From Candidatus Latescibacterota bacterium (GTDB taxonomy: Bacteria > Latescibacterota > UBA2968): a DNA stretch of 64,000 nt. Shown piece after piece: positions 30,036 through 42,813 of the stretch. The DNA lies in NCBI GenBank assembly GCA_965116885.1, contig OZ220741.1, forward strand, positions 1,248,001 to 1,312,000, given 5' to 3'. The translations under genes and the position numbers were made by a program. The notes under the pieces were generated by a model. It saw only the letters and a program-made list of their open reading frames with translations. It made no database searches and was not told the DNA's origin. How positions within the stretch are numbered: the stretch's first letter is position 1; each line of letters opens with the position of its first letter.

Positions 30036-31211
30036 ATGAAAGTATCAATAGAAAAAGATGAACTCCTCAAAGGTATCCAGGCTGTGATTGATATCGTGCC
30101 CTCTAAAACCGCATTGCCAGTATTATCCAACATCCTGATAGATGCAAACAATGGTAGCGATGTGTGTTTGAGTGCCACAGATCTCGATATATCAATAACA
30201 TGCAAACTTTCAGCCACCATCGAAGACGCTGGGGCAACAACGGTGCCAGCGCGCAAATTCTCAGAAATTGTGCGCGAGTTGCCCGAAGAATCCCTATCCC
30301 TCACCGCCGAAGAAGGTCGTGTAACGCTTCAGCGCCAAAGTGGTGCCGAAGGAACTTATGCCTTGATGTCGGTGCCATCTGACGATTTTCCCGAACTACC
30401 TTCAGAGATTGAAGGCCCCGAGATCGCGTTTCTATCCGATGAAGAAGAGGATGCTGAGGACTCTTCGGCTGATAGCAATGTTCTCAGCGAGATGATTTCT
30501 AAAACGGTCTTTGCCGTGTCTCGCGATGAAACGCGTCCGGTGCTCACAGGAGTACTCTGGCAGGTTGGCAATGGACGCATGACCATGGTGGCAACAGATG
30601 GTCACCGCCTGGTCAAATATTCGCGGATTCAGGATGGATTACCCGAAGAGAATAAAGAGGCGATTGTTCCCCCTCGTGCTTTGAATCAGGTAGTTAAACT
30701 CATGGGTGGGGGAGTAGATCTTCAAAAAGTCCAACTCGGGCAAAGCCATGTGCTCTTTTCACTGGGCGACGAAGACGCCATCCAGATTTTCTCTCGACTA
30801 ATTGAAGGTCCTTATGTCGATTACGAACAAGTGATTCCCCAAAACAACGGCAAGCGCCTTCGCGTTTCGAACAGCCAATTGCTACCTGCTGTGCGACGCG
30901 TATCCATTCTGGCAAGTGCCCAAACCCATCAATTGCGGCTCGAACTCCAAAAGAACGAACTCGCATTGTCGGCTACCAGCCAGGAAATAGGAGGCGAAGC
31001 ACGCGAATCTATGGGCGTTGAATACGATGAAGATGAAATGACCATTGGATATAATTCCGGCTATCTACAAGACGTGCTCCGGCGCATCAATTGTGACGAA
31101 ATCCTCTTTGAACTCGACAGCGCTGTTGCCGCGGGAATTATCAGACCTGGAGAACAACTCGAAGGCGAAGACTATCTTTGTCTCCTCATGCCATTGCGGC
31201 TCAATGAATAA
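30036..31211 (+). CDS. dnaN: DNA polymerase III beta clamp
   Basis: LPVLSNILI, ATDLD, ETRPVLTG, ATDGHRL, RLIEG.Y.DY, LLMPLRL; ATG 30036 after GGGAG. Confidence 0.97.
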   Translation: MKVSIEKDELLKGIQAVIDIVPSKTALPVLSNILIDANNGSDVCLSATDLDISITCKLSATIEDAGATTVPARKFSEIVRELPEESLSLTAEEGRVTLQRQSGAEGTYALMSVPSDDFPELPSEIEGPEIAFLSDEEEDAEDSSADSNVLSEMISKTVFAVSRDETRPVLTGVLWQVGNGRMTMVATDGHRLVKYSRIQDGLPEENKEAIVPPRALNQVVKLMGGGVDLQKVQLGQSHVLFSLGDEDAIQIFSRLIEGPYVDYEQVIPQNNGKRLRVSNSQLLPAVRRVSILASAQTHQLRLELQKNELALSATSQEIGGEARESMGVEYDEDEMTIGYNSGYLQDVLRRINCDEILFELDSAVAAGIIRPGEQLEGEDYLCLLMPLRLNE

Positions 31212-32296
31212 TGTATGTCTCCTCACTTAAACTCACCAATTTTCGAAACTTTGAGCATGCTGAATTTACATTTGATCAGGCAAAAACGGCAATTTGGGCA
31301 GATAATGCCCGCGGGAAATCAAATGTTTTGGAAGCGTTGTACTTTTTGGCACTGGCCAAATCGGGCCGAGGTGCCAGAGATCGGGACGTGCTCAAATGGG
31401 GTGCTAACTATTTCGTGATCGACGCCCAGATAGAGCGCGAAGATCGTTCCTTTCCCATTCGCATTGCCTACGATCCCCTCGTCGGCAAGAAACAAGCCTC
31501 TCTTGCAGAGACATCTCTTCCCCGCCTTTCAGACCTTATTGGCGCATTCAACGCTGTTTTATTTTCCCCCGAAGATGTAGATCTCGTATTGCGGGAACCG
31601 GCTCAGCGCCGCCGTATTTTAGATATTCTCGTTTCGCAATCAAACGCATCCTATTTAGCTGATCTGGAAGGGTATCAGCGCGTTTTGGCGCAGCGCAATC
31701 GGTTGTTAAAAGACCGCCGTTCAGCATTATTATCACATCCCGAACAAGTTAAACCGTGGAATGAGCAATTGTCCAATTTGGGTGCTCGCATTATATCTCG
31801 CCGTCTCGAAGCACTGAATGATATACAACATCTTCTATCTGAATATTATCGGGCCATCGCGCCCACACCCGAAAAAATGAAAGCGAGTTATCGCAGTCCC
31901 ATATCCATGGAAACGCGCGATCAGGGCAGGGAAATACTCTTCGAAGCACTGACGACCCGATTGCCACAAGAAGTCGAATTGCGATATACACTTACGGGAC
32001 CACACCGCGACAATTTGATTTTTACACTTGATGACAAGGCTGTACATCAATTCGCGTCCCAGGGCCAACTCAAAACCGTTCTCCTTTCCTGGAAACTGGC
32101 CGAAGCAACATTTTTAGAGCAACAAACCGGGTGGCGCCCTGTTTTGCTGATGGACGATGTGTTTTCAGAACTCGATCCCAATCGGGCAAAAGCTGTATTG
32201 AACCTGATCCCCGATTTTGGGCAGGTGGTCGTAACCTCAGCACGCGATCCGGATTTGGATTTTGAAGCCCAGGGGTTTCGGCTGTTGAAATTGTGA
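31211..32296 (+). CDS. recF: DNA replication/repair protein RecF
   Basis: NFRN, NARGKSN, GPHRD, ASQGQ, LMDDVFSELD. Confidence 0.95.
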   Translation: MYVSSLKLTNFRNFEHAEFTFDQAKTAIWADNARGKSNVLEALYFLALAKSGRGARDRDVLKWGANYFVIDAQIEREDRSFPIRIAYDPLVGKKQASLAETSLPRLSDLIGAFNAVLFSPEDVDLVLREPAQRRRILDILVSQSNASYLADLEGYQRVLAQRNRLLKDRRSALLSHPEQVKPWNEQLSNLGARIISRRLEALNDIQHLLSEYYRAIAPTPEKMKASYRSPISMETRDQGREILFEALTTRLPQEVELRYTLTGPHRDNLIFTLDDKAVHQFASQGQLKTVLLSWKLAEATFLEQQTGWRPVLLMDDVFSELDPNRAKAVLNLIPDFGQVVVTSARDPDLDFEAQGFRLLKL

Positions 32297-32664
32297 ATAA
32301 CGTTATGGATGCCGAGATTGATAGACGCAAGAGTGGTGTTTACAAATATCGGGCTGGTGGGACATCCGAGCCGGTTTCCGCAGGTGATGCCATTCGCCAG
32401 TTGGTGAATAATCTGGGAATTGCGGAAAAATTAAAACAACAACGCGTGTTGTCACTATGGGAAGAGATCGTTGGAAAAGATATTGCTTCTGTAACGCGAG
32501 TCGAGGGGTTTCGAGGGGGGCAATTAACGGTCTCAGCACAAAACGCCACCCAGAGTAATTGGTTGCGCTATCAATGCGATACTATACGTCAAAATTTGAA
32601 CCGCGAGGTTGGCGGTGAGGTTGTAAAAATAATCCGGTTAAAAGTTGATCCGTCTATTCGTTGA
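32293..32664 (+). CDS. dciA: DUF721/DciA family helicase operator
   Basis: WEEIVGKDIA motif; canonical position between recF and gyrB. Confidence 0.75.
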   Translation: MNNVMDAEIDRRKSGVYKYRAGGTSEPVSAGDAIRQLVNNLGIAEKLKQQRVLSLWEEIVGKDIASVTRVEGFRGGQLTVSAQNATQSNWLRYQCDTIRQNLNREVGGEVVKIIRLKVDPSIR

Positions 32665-34687
<2,023 letters not shown>

Positions 34688-34732
34688 AAACTGGCGACTG
34701 GCGACAGATAATACCAAGGAGACGATAAGACA

Positions 34733-37369
34733 ATGATGATAGAACGATCGCGAGTGATCCCTGTTGAAATTGGTGACGAGTTAAAAAAATCCATGCTCGA
34801 TTATTCGATGAGCACACTGGTCAATCGCGCATTGCCGGATGTGCGCGATGGAATGAAGCCATCGCAAAGACGCATTTTAGTGGCAATGAATGACCTCGGC
34901 CTGGGCGCAAACCGGCAGCATCGAAAATGCGCTCATATTGCCGGTCACGCTTCGGGCAATTACCATCCGCACGGTGAAGACATTGTCTATCCAACGCTGG
35001 TGCATCTGGCGCAGGATTTTAAGCTGCGTTATCCACTCGTAGATGGACAGGGTAATTTTGGCTCCATCGACGGATATCCTCCCGCTGCGATGCGCTACAC
35101 AGAAGCGCGTATGGCAGGACCGGGGCAGGAAATGTTGAACGACCTCGAGAAGGAGACCGTTGATTATCGCCCCAACTACGACGAGCGCCTGGAAGAACCC
35201 AAAGTATTGCCTTCTGCATTTCCAAACATGGTTTGCAACGGTGCTGTAGGCATTGCCACGACAATGGCGACGGCAATCCCACCGCACAATTTGCAGGAGG
35301 TCGTCGATGGTCTTGTCGCATTGATCGATAATCCCGAATTGGATATCGCTGAGCTGATGGAATATATCAAAGCACCCGACTTTCCAACCGGCGGCACCAT
35401 TTATGGCATAGGTGGCGTTTTAGACGCCTATCAGACGGGACGCGGGCACCTGCGGATCCGGGCAAAAGCCGATATAGAAGAAGACAAAACCGGTCGAGAA
35501 ACCATTATCATCACAGAAATTCCCTATATGGTGAACAAGACAACGCTATTGGAAAAAATGGCGGATCTGGTGCGCGAAAAACGCATTGAAGGGATTTCAA
35601 ATATTCAGGACGAATCCGACCGCGATGGGCTGCGCATTGTCGTGGAACTCAAACGCGATGTGGTCGGAGATGTAATTTTGAACCAACTCTACAAACACAC
35701 CCAATTGGAATCGACATTTGCGGCCAATATGGTTGCACTGGTCAACGGTCGGCCGCAACAAGTGACCTTGAAGCACATGTTGCAGTGCTATATCGACCAC
35801 CGCCACGATGTCGTAAAGCGACGCACGGAATACGAACTGCGGGTGGCTGAAGATCGCGCACATATCCTGGAAGGATTGATACTCGCGCAGGACAATATCG
35901 ACGAAGTAATCCGCATTATCCGCGGTTCAAAAGATACCAATGAAGCGCGGCGTGCGTTGACACAAATCGAACTGGAACTGGCTGGAGACCAAGACTCTTT
36001 GGCTGTAGAAAAACGCCGATTATCCGAACGCCAGGTACAGGCCATCTTGTCCATGACATTACAGCGATTGACCAACATGGAGCAACAAAAGATAGAAGAC
36101 GAATACTCCGACCTGACGCAAGAAATTGAACGCTTGCGCTCTATTCTGGACAACCGCGAATTGCGTATGAATATTGTCAAAGACGAATTGGGTGCGATGC
36201 GCGAAAAATATGGCGATGAGCGGCGGTCAGAAATCGTGTTCGCGGCCTCTGAGTTCAGTATTGAAGATTTGATCCACGAAGAAGATATGGTCATTACAAT
36301 TTCTCACAACGGGTACATCAAACGCATTCCCGTATCCACCTATCGCGCACAAAACCGGGGGGGGCGTGGGATCACGGGAATGGGAACCAAGGATGAAGAT
36401 TTTGTAGAAAGCTTATTCGTGGCTTCCACGCACAGTTATATCCTCGTATTGACAGACCGCGGGCACTGCGTGTGGTTAAAAGTGCATGAAATTCCGCGGG
36501 GCACGCGTCAAGCGCGCGGTCGCCCCATTGTCAATGTGGTAGATATCCCCTACGGGCATAAGGTAGCCGAAGTCGTGCCAGTACGCGAATTTGATGAAAA
36601 TCGCTATCTGCTGTCTATAACCCGAAAGGGGCTAACGAAAAAGACCGCGCTGTCTGCTTATAGTCGCCCGCGCAAGGGTGGCATTATTGCGATGAATGTG
36701 CTGGAAGACGACCAGTTGATCAAAGCCGCGATTACAGGGGGAGATGACCGGGTGGTCATTGCTACAAAGCGCGGTCAAGCTGTGTACTTTGACGAAAACA
36801 AGGTGCGGGCTATGGGGCGCAACTCACAGGGGGTGCGCGGTGTGTCCTTGCAAGGCGATGATGTGGTAGTGGGCATGGTGGTCGTTAAACCTGAAGAGGT
36901 AGAGCAGTCTCATTTATTGACGGTATGTGCCAATGGATATGGCAAGCGCACGCCGGTCTCGGAGTATCGCCTGACAAACCGGGGTGGCAAAGGCGTGATC
37001 AACATCAAGACCACAGATCGCAATGGTCCTGTGGTATCGATGATGGGCGTGATGGAAGACAGCCGCGACGATATGGTGATTGTAACACAGAATGGCATCT
37101 TGATCCGGCAAAAAGTAGCGGAAGTGAGCGTGATTGGGCGCAATGCACAAGGCGTGCGTTTGATCAATCCGGATGACGGCGATCAGGTAATTGATGTGGC
37201 ACAGGTGATCAATCAGGATGAGGAAGAAACAGAAGGAGAAGAAGGCGAAAGCGCGATAGACCCAACATCTGAAGAAGTAAGTGAAAGTGGGAATGAGAAC
37301 ACTGCTGAGGAGAACGGAACGATGAAGACGTTATGGCGCGAGGTGCAAAAGCGAACGGGATGGAAGTGA
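34733..37369 (+). CDS. gyrA: DNA gyrase subunit A
   Basis: RALPDVRDG, YHPHG, AAMRYTE catalytic Tyr, GyrA-box QNRGGRG, acidic tail. Confidence 0.97.
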   Translation: MMIERSRVIPVEIGDELKKSMLDYSMSTLVNRALPDVRDGMKPSQRRILVAMNDLGLGANRQHRKCAHIAGHASGNYHPHGEDIVYPTLVHLAQDFKLRYPLVDGQGNFGSIDGYPPAAMRYTEARMAGPGQEMLNDLEKETVDYRPNYDERLEEPKVLPSAFPNMVCNGAVGIATTMATAIPPHNLQEVVDGLVALIDNPELDIAELMEYIKAPDFPTGGTIYGIGGVLDAYQTGRGHLRIRAKADIEEDKTGRETIIITEIPYMVNKTTLLEKMADLVREKRIEGISNIQDESDRDGLRIVVELKRDVVGDVILNQLYKHTQLESTFAANMVALVNGRPQQVTLKHMLQCYIDHRHDVVKRRTEYELRVAEDRAHILEGLILAQDNIDEVIRIIRGSKDTNEARRALTQIELELAGDQDSLAVEKRRLSERQVQAILSMTLQRLTNMEQQKIEDEYSDLTQEIERLRSILDNRELRMNIVKDELGAMREKYGDERRSEIVFAASEFSIEDLIHEEDMVITISHNGYIKRIPVSTYRAQNRGGRGITGMGTKDEDFVESLFVASTHSYILVLTDRGHCVWLKVHEIPRGTRQARGRPIVNVVDIPYGHKVAEVVPVREFDENRYLLSITRKGLTKKTALSAYSRPRKGGIIAMNVLEDDQLIKAAITGGDDRVVIATKRGQAVYFDENKVRAMGRNSQGVRGVSLQGDDVVVGMVVVKPEEVEQSHLLTVCANGYGKRTPVSEYRLTNRGGKGVINIKTTDRNGPVVSMMGVMEDSRDDMVIVTQNGILIRQKVAEVSVIGRNAQGVRLINPDDGDQVIDVAQVINQDEEETEGEEGESAIDPTSEEVSESGNENTAEENGTMKTLWREVQKRTGWK

Positions 37370-37398
37370 ACAACACAATCTTTTGAATTGAAATACGC

Positions 37399-37430
37399 AG
37401 CGGCAGAGATTTTTCTCTGCCGCTTTTTTG
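37399..37430 (+). terminator. Intrinsic terminator after gyrA
   Basis: AGCGGCAGAGA-TTTT-TCTCTGCCGCT followed by a T run. Confidence 0.85.
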
Positions 37431-37443
37431 TTTTCTCATCCTC

Positions 37444-38739
37444 TCATGGATGCAAAATCCGAATAATCTGCGGTTTTTCTGTCACAGCGGACAAATTCCC
37501 GATGCGCGTGATGGCGCGTTGCATCGCTGCTTCGGGAGCATCGTGTGTGATCATGATCAGGGGAACCGTGCCACCTTCTGTTTCCGAGCGCCCGTGCTGA
37601 ATGACCGTTTCTATACTGATGCCTTCTCCGGCAAAGAGTGCTGCAACCTGCGCCAGAACGCCGGGTTTGTCGTAAACAGTAAGCCTACAATAGCTGCCAG
37701 TCTGAATATCGCCGATGGGAACGAGGTCGGCTTCGGGCAGCGGAGCAAGCGGTGCTCCCGCAGGGCCAAGACCGGCTTTGCGCCGCTCGGCAATGGCGAC
37801 GAGATCGGCGACCACCGCACTGGCTGTGGGCAATTCGCCGGCGCCTTTGCCGTAAAAGACCTGGGCGTCAACCGCACTGCCGACAATTTCCACAGCGTTA
37901 AATTCATTGCGAATATCGGCCAGGAGTGCATCGTGAGGCACAAAGGCGGGATGTACGCGCGCCTCAATGCGATTGCCCACCACGCGGGCTATGCCGAGCA
38001 ATTTTATGGTATAGCCGAGTTCGCGGGCAAAGTCGATATCTAACGCAGTGATGTGAGAGATCCCCTCTTTGAGAATATCGCCGGACGAGACGCGCTGGCG
38101 AAAGGCGAGGCGACAGAGAAGCGCGAGCTTTTGAGCCGCATCCGTGCCGTCGATATCCATGGTGGGATCGGCTTCGGCAAACCCTTTGTCCTGTGCTTCT
38201 TTGAGCATGGGACCAAAGTCCTCTCCGGCTTCTGTCATGCGGGTGAGAATGTAGTTCGTCGTGCCGTTGAGAATGCCGTAGAGCGATTGAATATTGTTGG
38301 CCACCAGCCCCTGGCTGAGCGTTTGGATAATGGGAATACCACCGCAGACACTGGCTTCAAAGCCGAGTCCTACATTGTTTTTTACCGCAGCCTCAAACAG
38401 GCTGTCCCCGCGTTCGGCAAGAAGGGCTTTGTTCGCCGTAACCACATCTTTGCCATTTTGAAGCGCCGCGAGAACGAGATCATAAGCCGCATCAACACCG
38501 CCCATCACCTCGACCACAATCTGGGTTTCAGGGTCAGCAACCACATCCATGGGATTGGTCGTGAAACGGTCGGAAAGCAAGTCAATTGCGCGAGGTTTGG
38601 ACAGATCCCGCACAGCGATTTTGCGAATGTCGAGGTCAAGGCCCCGAACGTGTTTGAATTCGTGTTCCCGATCACAAAGGATGCGAGCTACGCCGCCACC
38701 GACAACACCCATGCCAATCAAGCCGATACCAATTGCCAC
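37444..38739 (-). CDS. hom: Homoserine dehydrogenase with ACT domain
   Basis: GMGVVG, VVTANK, FEASVCGGIP, NGTTNYIL, GKGAG..PTASAV, DKPGVLA. Confidence 0.95.
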   Translation of the reverse strand: MAIGIGLIGMGVVGGGVARILCDREHEFKHVRGLDLDIRKIAVRDLSKPRAIDLLSDRFTTNPMDVVADPETQIVVEVMGGVDAAYDLVLAALQNGKDVVTANKALLAERGDSLFEAAVKNNVGLGFEASVCGGIPIIQTLSQGLVANNIQSLYGILNGTTNYILTRMTEAGEDFGPMLKEAQDKGFAEADPTMDIDGTDAAQKLALLCRLAFRQRVSSGDILKEGISHITALDIDFARELGYTIKLLGIARVVGNRIEARVHPAFVPHDALLADIRNEFNAVEIVGSAVDAQVFYGKGAGELPTASAVVADLVAIAERRKAGLGPAGAPLAPLPEADLVPIGDIQTGSYCRLTVYDKPGVLAQVAALFAGEGISIETVIQHGRSETEGGTVPLIMITHDAPEAAMQRAITRIGNLSAVTEKPQIIRILHP

Positions 38740-38845
38740 TTTTGCCTCATAAAGTTAGAGATGAAAATTTTTGCGTTTTTCTTTATACTGTCAAACTGTT
38801 AAAGTGTATCCTAACGTCTTTCTCTTGTCAAGAAAAGGATTCGAT

Positions 38846-39928
38846 ATGGGTGATCTGCCAAAAACAATGCCCGTAGTAATGTGCCGCGCGCCCGAAGATT
38901 ATCGCCTGGAAGAATACGCAGTGCCACAGGTAGATGCGGGTGAGGTTCTCATTCGCGTGCAATCAGTCGGTATATGTGCAAGTGACTTGAAGTGCTATCT
39001 GGGAGCACCCATGTTTTGGGGCGACTCCCGCCGCGAGGGCTATTGCCAGGCACCGATTATTCCCGGGCACGAATTTGTCGGAGAGGTCGTTGCTCTTGGT
39101 GACGGAGCGGGTGATAAATACGGGTTGGCGATTGGCGACCTCGCCGTATCGGAGCAAATCGTGCCATGCGGCGCGTGTCGTTATTGCTTGCGTGGGCAAT
39201 ACTGGATGTGCATGGTACACGATATTTACGGCTTTCGCCAGGCCACATTTGGCGCAATGGCCCAATATTGCAAATTGCCCGCCAACGCCTTGAATTATCG
39301 CGTGCCAAAATCTATTCCCGCCGCGCATGCGGCGTATGTAGAACCCCTCGCCTGTGCGATTCACGCTGTCGAACGCGGCAATATTCAGTTAAATGACACC
39401 GTTGTAATTGCCGGTGCGGGACCGCTGGGCCTGGGTATGGTCGCTGCTGCGCGAATGAAGAATCCCGCTTTGCTAATTGCGTTAGACCTAAGTGATAGGC
39501 GGTTGGAAATAGCCAGAGCCTGTGGGGCAGATTTGGGATTGAATCCAAATTCGGTGGATGTGATTGACGAAGTGCATAAATTGACAGAGGGTTATGGTTG
39601 CGATGTGTACATTGAGGCGACCGGACATCCCGCAGCAGTGGAACAGGGACTGCTTATGATTTGCAAACTCGGCACATTTGTCGAGTTCAGCGTGATGCGC
39701 GAGCCCGTGACAACGGATTGGACGATTATTGGAGATACAAAAGAACTCAATATTCACGGCGCGCATCTGAGTCCGCATTGTTATCCCATTGCCATTCGAA
39801 TGCTGGAACAAGGTCTTCTCCCAATGGACCAGATCGTAACCCATCAATTGCCACTTGAGGATTTTCATAAAGGAATTGACCTCGTCGCAGACGGAACGCA
39901 GTCCGTAAAGGTGACATTGAGACCATAG
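38846..39928 (+). CDS. Zn-dependent polyol dehydrogenase (erythritol/L-threitol dehydrogenase-like)
   Basis: GICASD, PGHE, CGACRYC...C, GAGPLG, TTDWTIIGDTKEL. Confidence 0.8.
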   Translation: MGDLPKTMPVVMCRAPEDYRLEEYAVPQVDAGEVLIRVQSVGICASDLKCYLGAPMFWGDSRREGYCQAPIIPGHEFVGEVVALGDGAGDKYGLAIGDLAVSEQIVPCGACRYCLRGQYWMCMVHDIYGFRQATFGAMAQYCKLPANALNYRVPKSIPAAHAAYVEPLACAIHAVERGNIQLNDTVVIAGAGPLGLGMVAAARMKNPALLIALDLSDRRLEIARACGADLGLNPNSVDVIDEVHKLTEGYGCDVYIEATGHPAAVEQGLLMICKLGTFVEFSVMREPVTTDWTIIGDTKELNIHGAHLSPHCYPIAIRMLEQGLLPMDQIVTHQLPLEDFHKGIDLVADGTQSVKVTLRP

Positions 39929-39999
39929 GGACGGCACAGGGGCCGTCCCCTACGATGATATGTTATCCGGTCTGTAGGGGCGACCCCCTGTGGTCGCCC
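39928..39999. repeat. GTAG-type REP doublet, copy 3
   Basis: Arms identical to copy 2; different 20-bp spacer. Confidence 0.85.
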
Positions 40000-40031
40000 T
40001 CTGATTTGATTGCTGACCACTGGAGAAAAAT

Positions 40032-40811
40032 ATGTCAGAAATATATGTAATGGATTTATTTCGATTGGATGGAAAGGTTGCGTTAATTACAGGAGGGTCC
40101 AAAGGGTTGGGCGCATCCATGGCGATGGGATTGGCGCAGGCCGGTGCAAAAACCGTCATTTGTTCGCGGACGCAGGCAGATTGTGACCGCGTGGCCGCAG
40201 AGATCGCAGAAGAAACAGTACAAGAGAGTATTGGTATCGCTGGAGATGTAACCCGTGAAAAAGATGTGGATCGGGTATTTGATACAGTCATCGAGAAATA
40301 CGGCAAGCTGGACGTGTTGATCAACAGCGCGGGGATTAATATTCGGCATCCCGTAGAGGATTTTCCCCTCGACGAGTTTAAGCAAGTGATCGATATCAAT
40401 CTGACTGGCGTATGGTTGTGTTGTCGAGCAGCTGCCCGGGTTATGAAGCCACAGGGATCGGGTTCAGTGGTAAACATCGCGTCGGCATTAAGCGGCGTCG
40501 GATTAAGAGAGCGCTCGGCCTATTGTTCGTCAAAAGCGGGATTAATCGGCATGACAAAAACGATGGCTCTGGAATGGGCAGAGTCCAATGTGCGGTGCAA
40601 TGCGTTGTGTCCCGGACCCTTTTTGACAGAGATCAATGTGCCGCTTCTCAAGACGCCCGAGAAAGTGAAGTCGTTGTTGGAATTGACCGCGTTAAATCGC
40701 TGGGCAGAGTTGCATGAAATTCGTGGCGCAGCGTTGTTTTTGGCGAGCGATGCGTCCAGCTTTATGACGGGAGCATCGCTATATGTAGATGGCGGATGGA
40801 ACGCCCAGTGA
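40032..40811 (+). CDS. Short-chain dehydrogenase/reductase
   Basis: TGGSKGLG, NSAG, YCSSK. Confidence 0.9.
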   Translation: MSEIYVMDLFRLDGKVALITGGSKGLGASMAMGLAQAGAKTVICSRTQADCDRVAAEIAEETVQESIGIAGDVTREKDVDRVFDTVIEKYGKLDVLINSAGINIRHPVEDFPLDEFKQVIDINLTGVWLCCRAAARVMKPQGSGSVVNIASALSGVGLRERSAYCSSKAGLIGMTKTMALEWAESNVRCNALCPGPFLTEINVPLLKTPEKVKSLLELTALNRWAELHEIRGAALFLASDASSFMTGASLYVDGGWNAQ

Positions 40812-40820
40812 ACAACTATT

Positions 40821-41294
40821 TTGAGGAAAATCAAAGTGATAGAAAAAATCAACGAATCGGAAATAGAGGAAATAGCGCGCCAATCGCGCACAGGCAAATA
40901 CGGTTTGTCTCGAAAGGATATTTCCGGAGCATTGGAAACTTCAGGACAACCTTTTGAGGTCGAATGGGTGCGCTTGCCGCCGGGAAAGACAAATTTTCCG
41001 TGCCACGCACACCAGGTACAGTGGGAATTTTATATCGTGCTCCAGGGCCAGGGCACTGTGCGCCGCAACGATCATACATTTGAGGTGGGAGCAGGCGACG
41101 CATTTGTTCAGCCACCCGGCACCGCGCATCAGATTCGCAATACAAGTGAGACAGAAGATCTGATTTATTACGTCATTGCCGACAATCCCGTAAGTGACCC
41201 GGTCTATTATCCGGACTCGGATAAATGGGCGATTCGTCCACCGGGCAAATTGGGCCGCCTGACCGAGACGGAATATTACGATGGGGAAGAATAG
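40821..41294 (+). CDS. Cupin domain protein (start uncertain)
   Basis: PCHAH...EF..VLQG.G, AHQIRN, YYPDSDK. Confidence 0.8.
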   Translation: MRKIKVIEKINESEIEEIARQSRTGKYGLSRKDISGALETSGQPFEVEWVRLPPGKTNFPCHAHQVQWEFYIVLQGQGTVRRNDHTFEVGAGDAFVQPPGTAHQIRNTSETEDLIYYVIADNPVSDPVYYPDSDKWAIRPPGKLGRLTETEYYDGEE

Positions 41295-41308
41295 AGGAAA
41301 GGAGCAAT

Positions 41309-42721
41309 ATGGACAGACCAAATTTTATGTTGATAACAGCGGATGACATGAACTGGGACGCTGTGGGGGCATTTGGTTGCCCAACAGCGGGGACAACGCC
41401 AAATATTGACCGATTGGCCGCGGGGGGATTGCGGTTTAACCACGGACATGTGACAATAGCAGTATGCCAACCGAGCCGCTCGGCATTGATGACCGGGCGA
41501 TATCCGCATCTCAGCGGGGGCGAGGGATTTTACCATTTGCGACACGAAGGCGTCCCCATACTACCCGATATCTTGCGCGGTGAAGGCTATGACGTGGGCA
41601 TTTTGGGCAAAGTGACACACTCGACACCTTATGCGGCATTTCAATGGGACATGGCGCATGATCAGATCGACTTGGGACAGGGACGAAATCCCGACGCGTA
41701 TTATCAACATACCAAAAACTTTGTTCAATCTGCCGTAGATGGTGACCGTCCATTTTTTCTCATGGCGAACTCCCACGATCCCCATCGCCCGTTTTACGGC
41801 AATGACAAGCCCGAATGGTACAGCGAACTCGATCCGCCTGCGGTACCACCCTCGCGCACATTTGACCCAGAAGAAGTGGTCATTCCCGAGTTTTTGCCCG
41901 ATATACCGGATGTGCGTCTGGAAATTGCCGAGTATTACAACTCTGTTCGCCGCTGTGATGATACTGTGGGCCGATTACTCGATGTGTTAGACGAAGCGGG
42001 CGTGGCGGAGAACACACTGATAATGTTCTTATCCGATAATGGCATGGCATTCCCCTTTGCAAAAACAAATTGTTACTTAAACAGCACGCGCACACCCTTT
42101 TTGGCGCGATGGCCCGCGGTCATTCAAGCCGGGCGCGTGGATACCGAGCATTTTATTTCCGGAGTAGATTATTTGCCCACAGTACTGGATGCGATTGGGG
42201 TAGATATCCCGGACGGCGTCAATGGCAAATCGCGTCTGCCCGTATTAAGGGGTGAAAAACAGGATGGATGCGAACAAGTGTTCACGCAATTTCACCAGAC
42301 CTCGGGGCGGCGCAATTACCCAATGCGATGCGTGCAAAATACGCGGTTCGGCTATATCTTCAACCCCTGGTCTGATGGCGAACGAGAATTTCGAAATGAA
42401 TCCCAGAGCGGTCGGTCCTGGCAAGCGATGAAAGAAGCAGAAGCCAACGACCCGGAATTGGCTGCGCGAAACCACTTGTTCAGCTATCGCGTACTCGAAG
42501 AATTTTACGATTTTGAGAACGATCCCAACGCGCTGAACAACCTGATTGATGATCCCAACTACGCCGATGAAATTCAGGACCTGAGAAACGCGCTCGATGA
42601 ATGGATGGTGGAAACAAACGACCCGGCGCTCGACGCATTTCGCGGTCGCTCATCGCGGCAGGCACTCGACGATCTGATGGATCACCTCGCGGATACAATT
42701 GGAAAACGTCCCAATGAGTAG
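41309..42721 (+). CDS. Sulfatase (N-sulfoglucosamine sulfohydrolase-like)
   Basis: CQPSRSALMTG, DPHRPF, SDNGMAFPFAK. Confidence 0.88.
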   Translation: MDRPNFMLITADDMNWDAVGAFGCPTAGTTPNIDRLAAGGLRFNHGHVTIAVCQPSRSALMTGRYPHLSGGEGFYHLRHEGVPILPDILRGEGYDVGILGKVTHSTPYAAFQWDMAHDQIDLGQGRNPDAYYQHTKNFVQSAVDGDRPFFLMANSHDPHRPFYGNDKPEWYSELDPPAVPPSRTFDPEEVVIPEFLPDIPDVRLEIAEYYNSVRRCDDTVGRLLDVLDEAGVAENTLIMFLSDNGMAFPFAKTNCYLNSTRTPFLARWPAVIQAGRVDTEHFISGVDYLPTVLDAIGVDIPDGVNGKSRLPVLRGEKQDGCEQVFTQFHQTSGRRNYPMRCVQNTRFGYIFNPWSDGEREFRNESQSGRSWQAMKEAEANDPELAARNHLFSYRVLEEFYDFENDPNALNNLIDDPNYADEIQDLRNALDEWMVETNDPALDAFRGRSSRQALDDLMDHLADTIGKRPNE

Positions 42722-42813
42722 ATAGATCTGTGCATCCCAGCCTCGAGTTCAGAGGCTACGCTGATGTGTTTTGTCGTGTTACATGGCGGACTTCACAGAG
42801 AGGAATATTAGTC

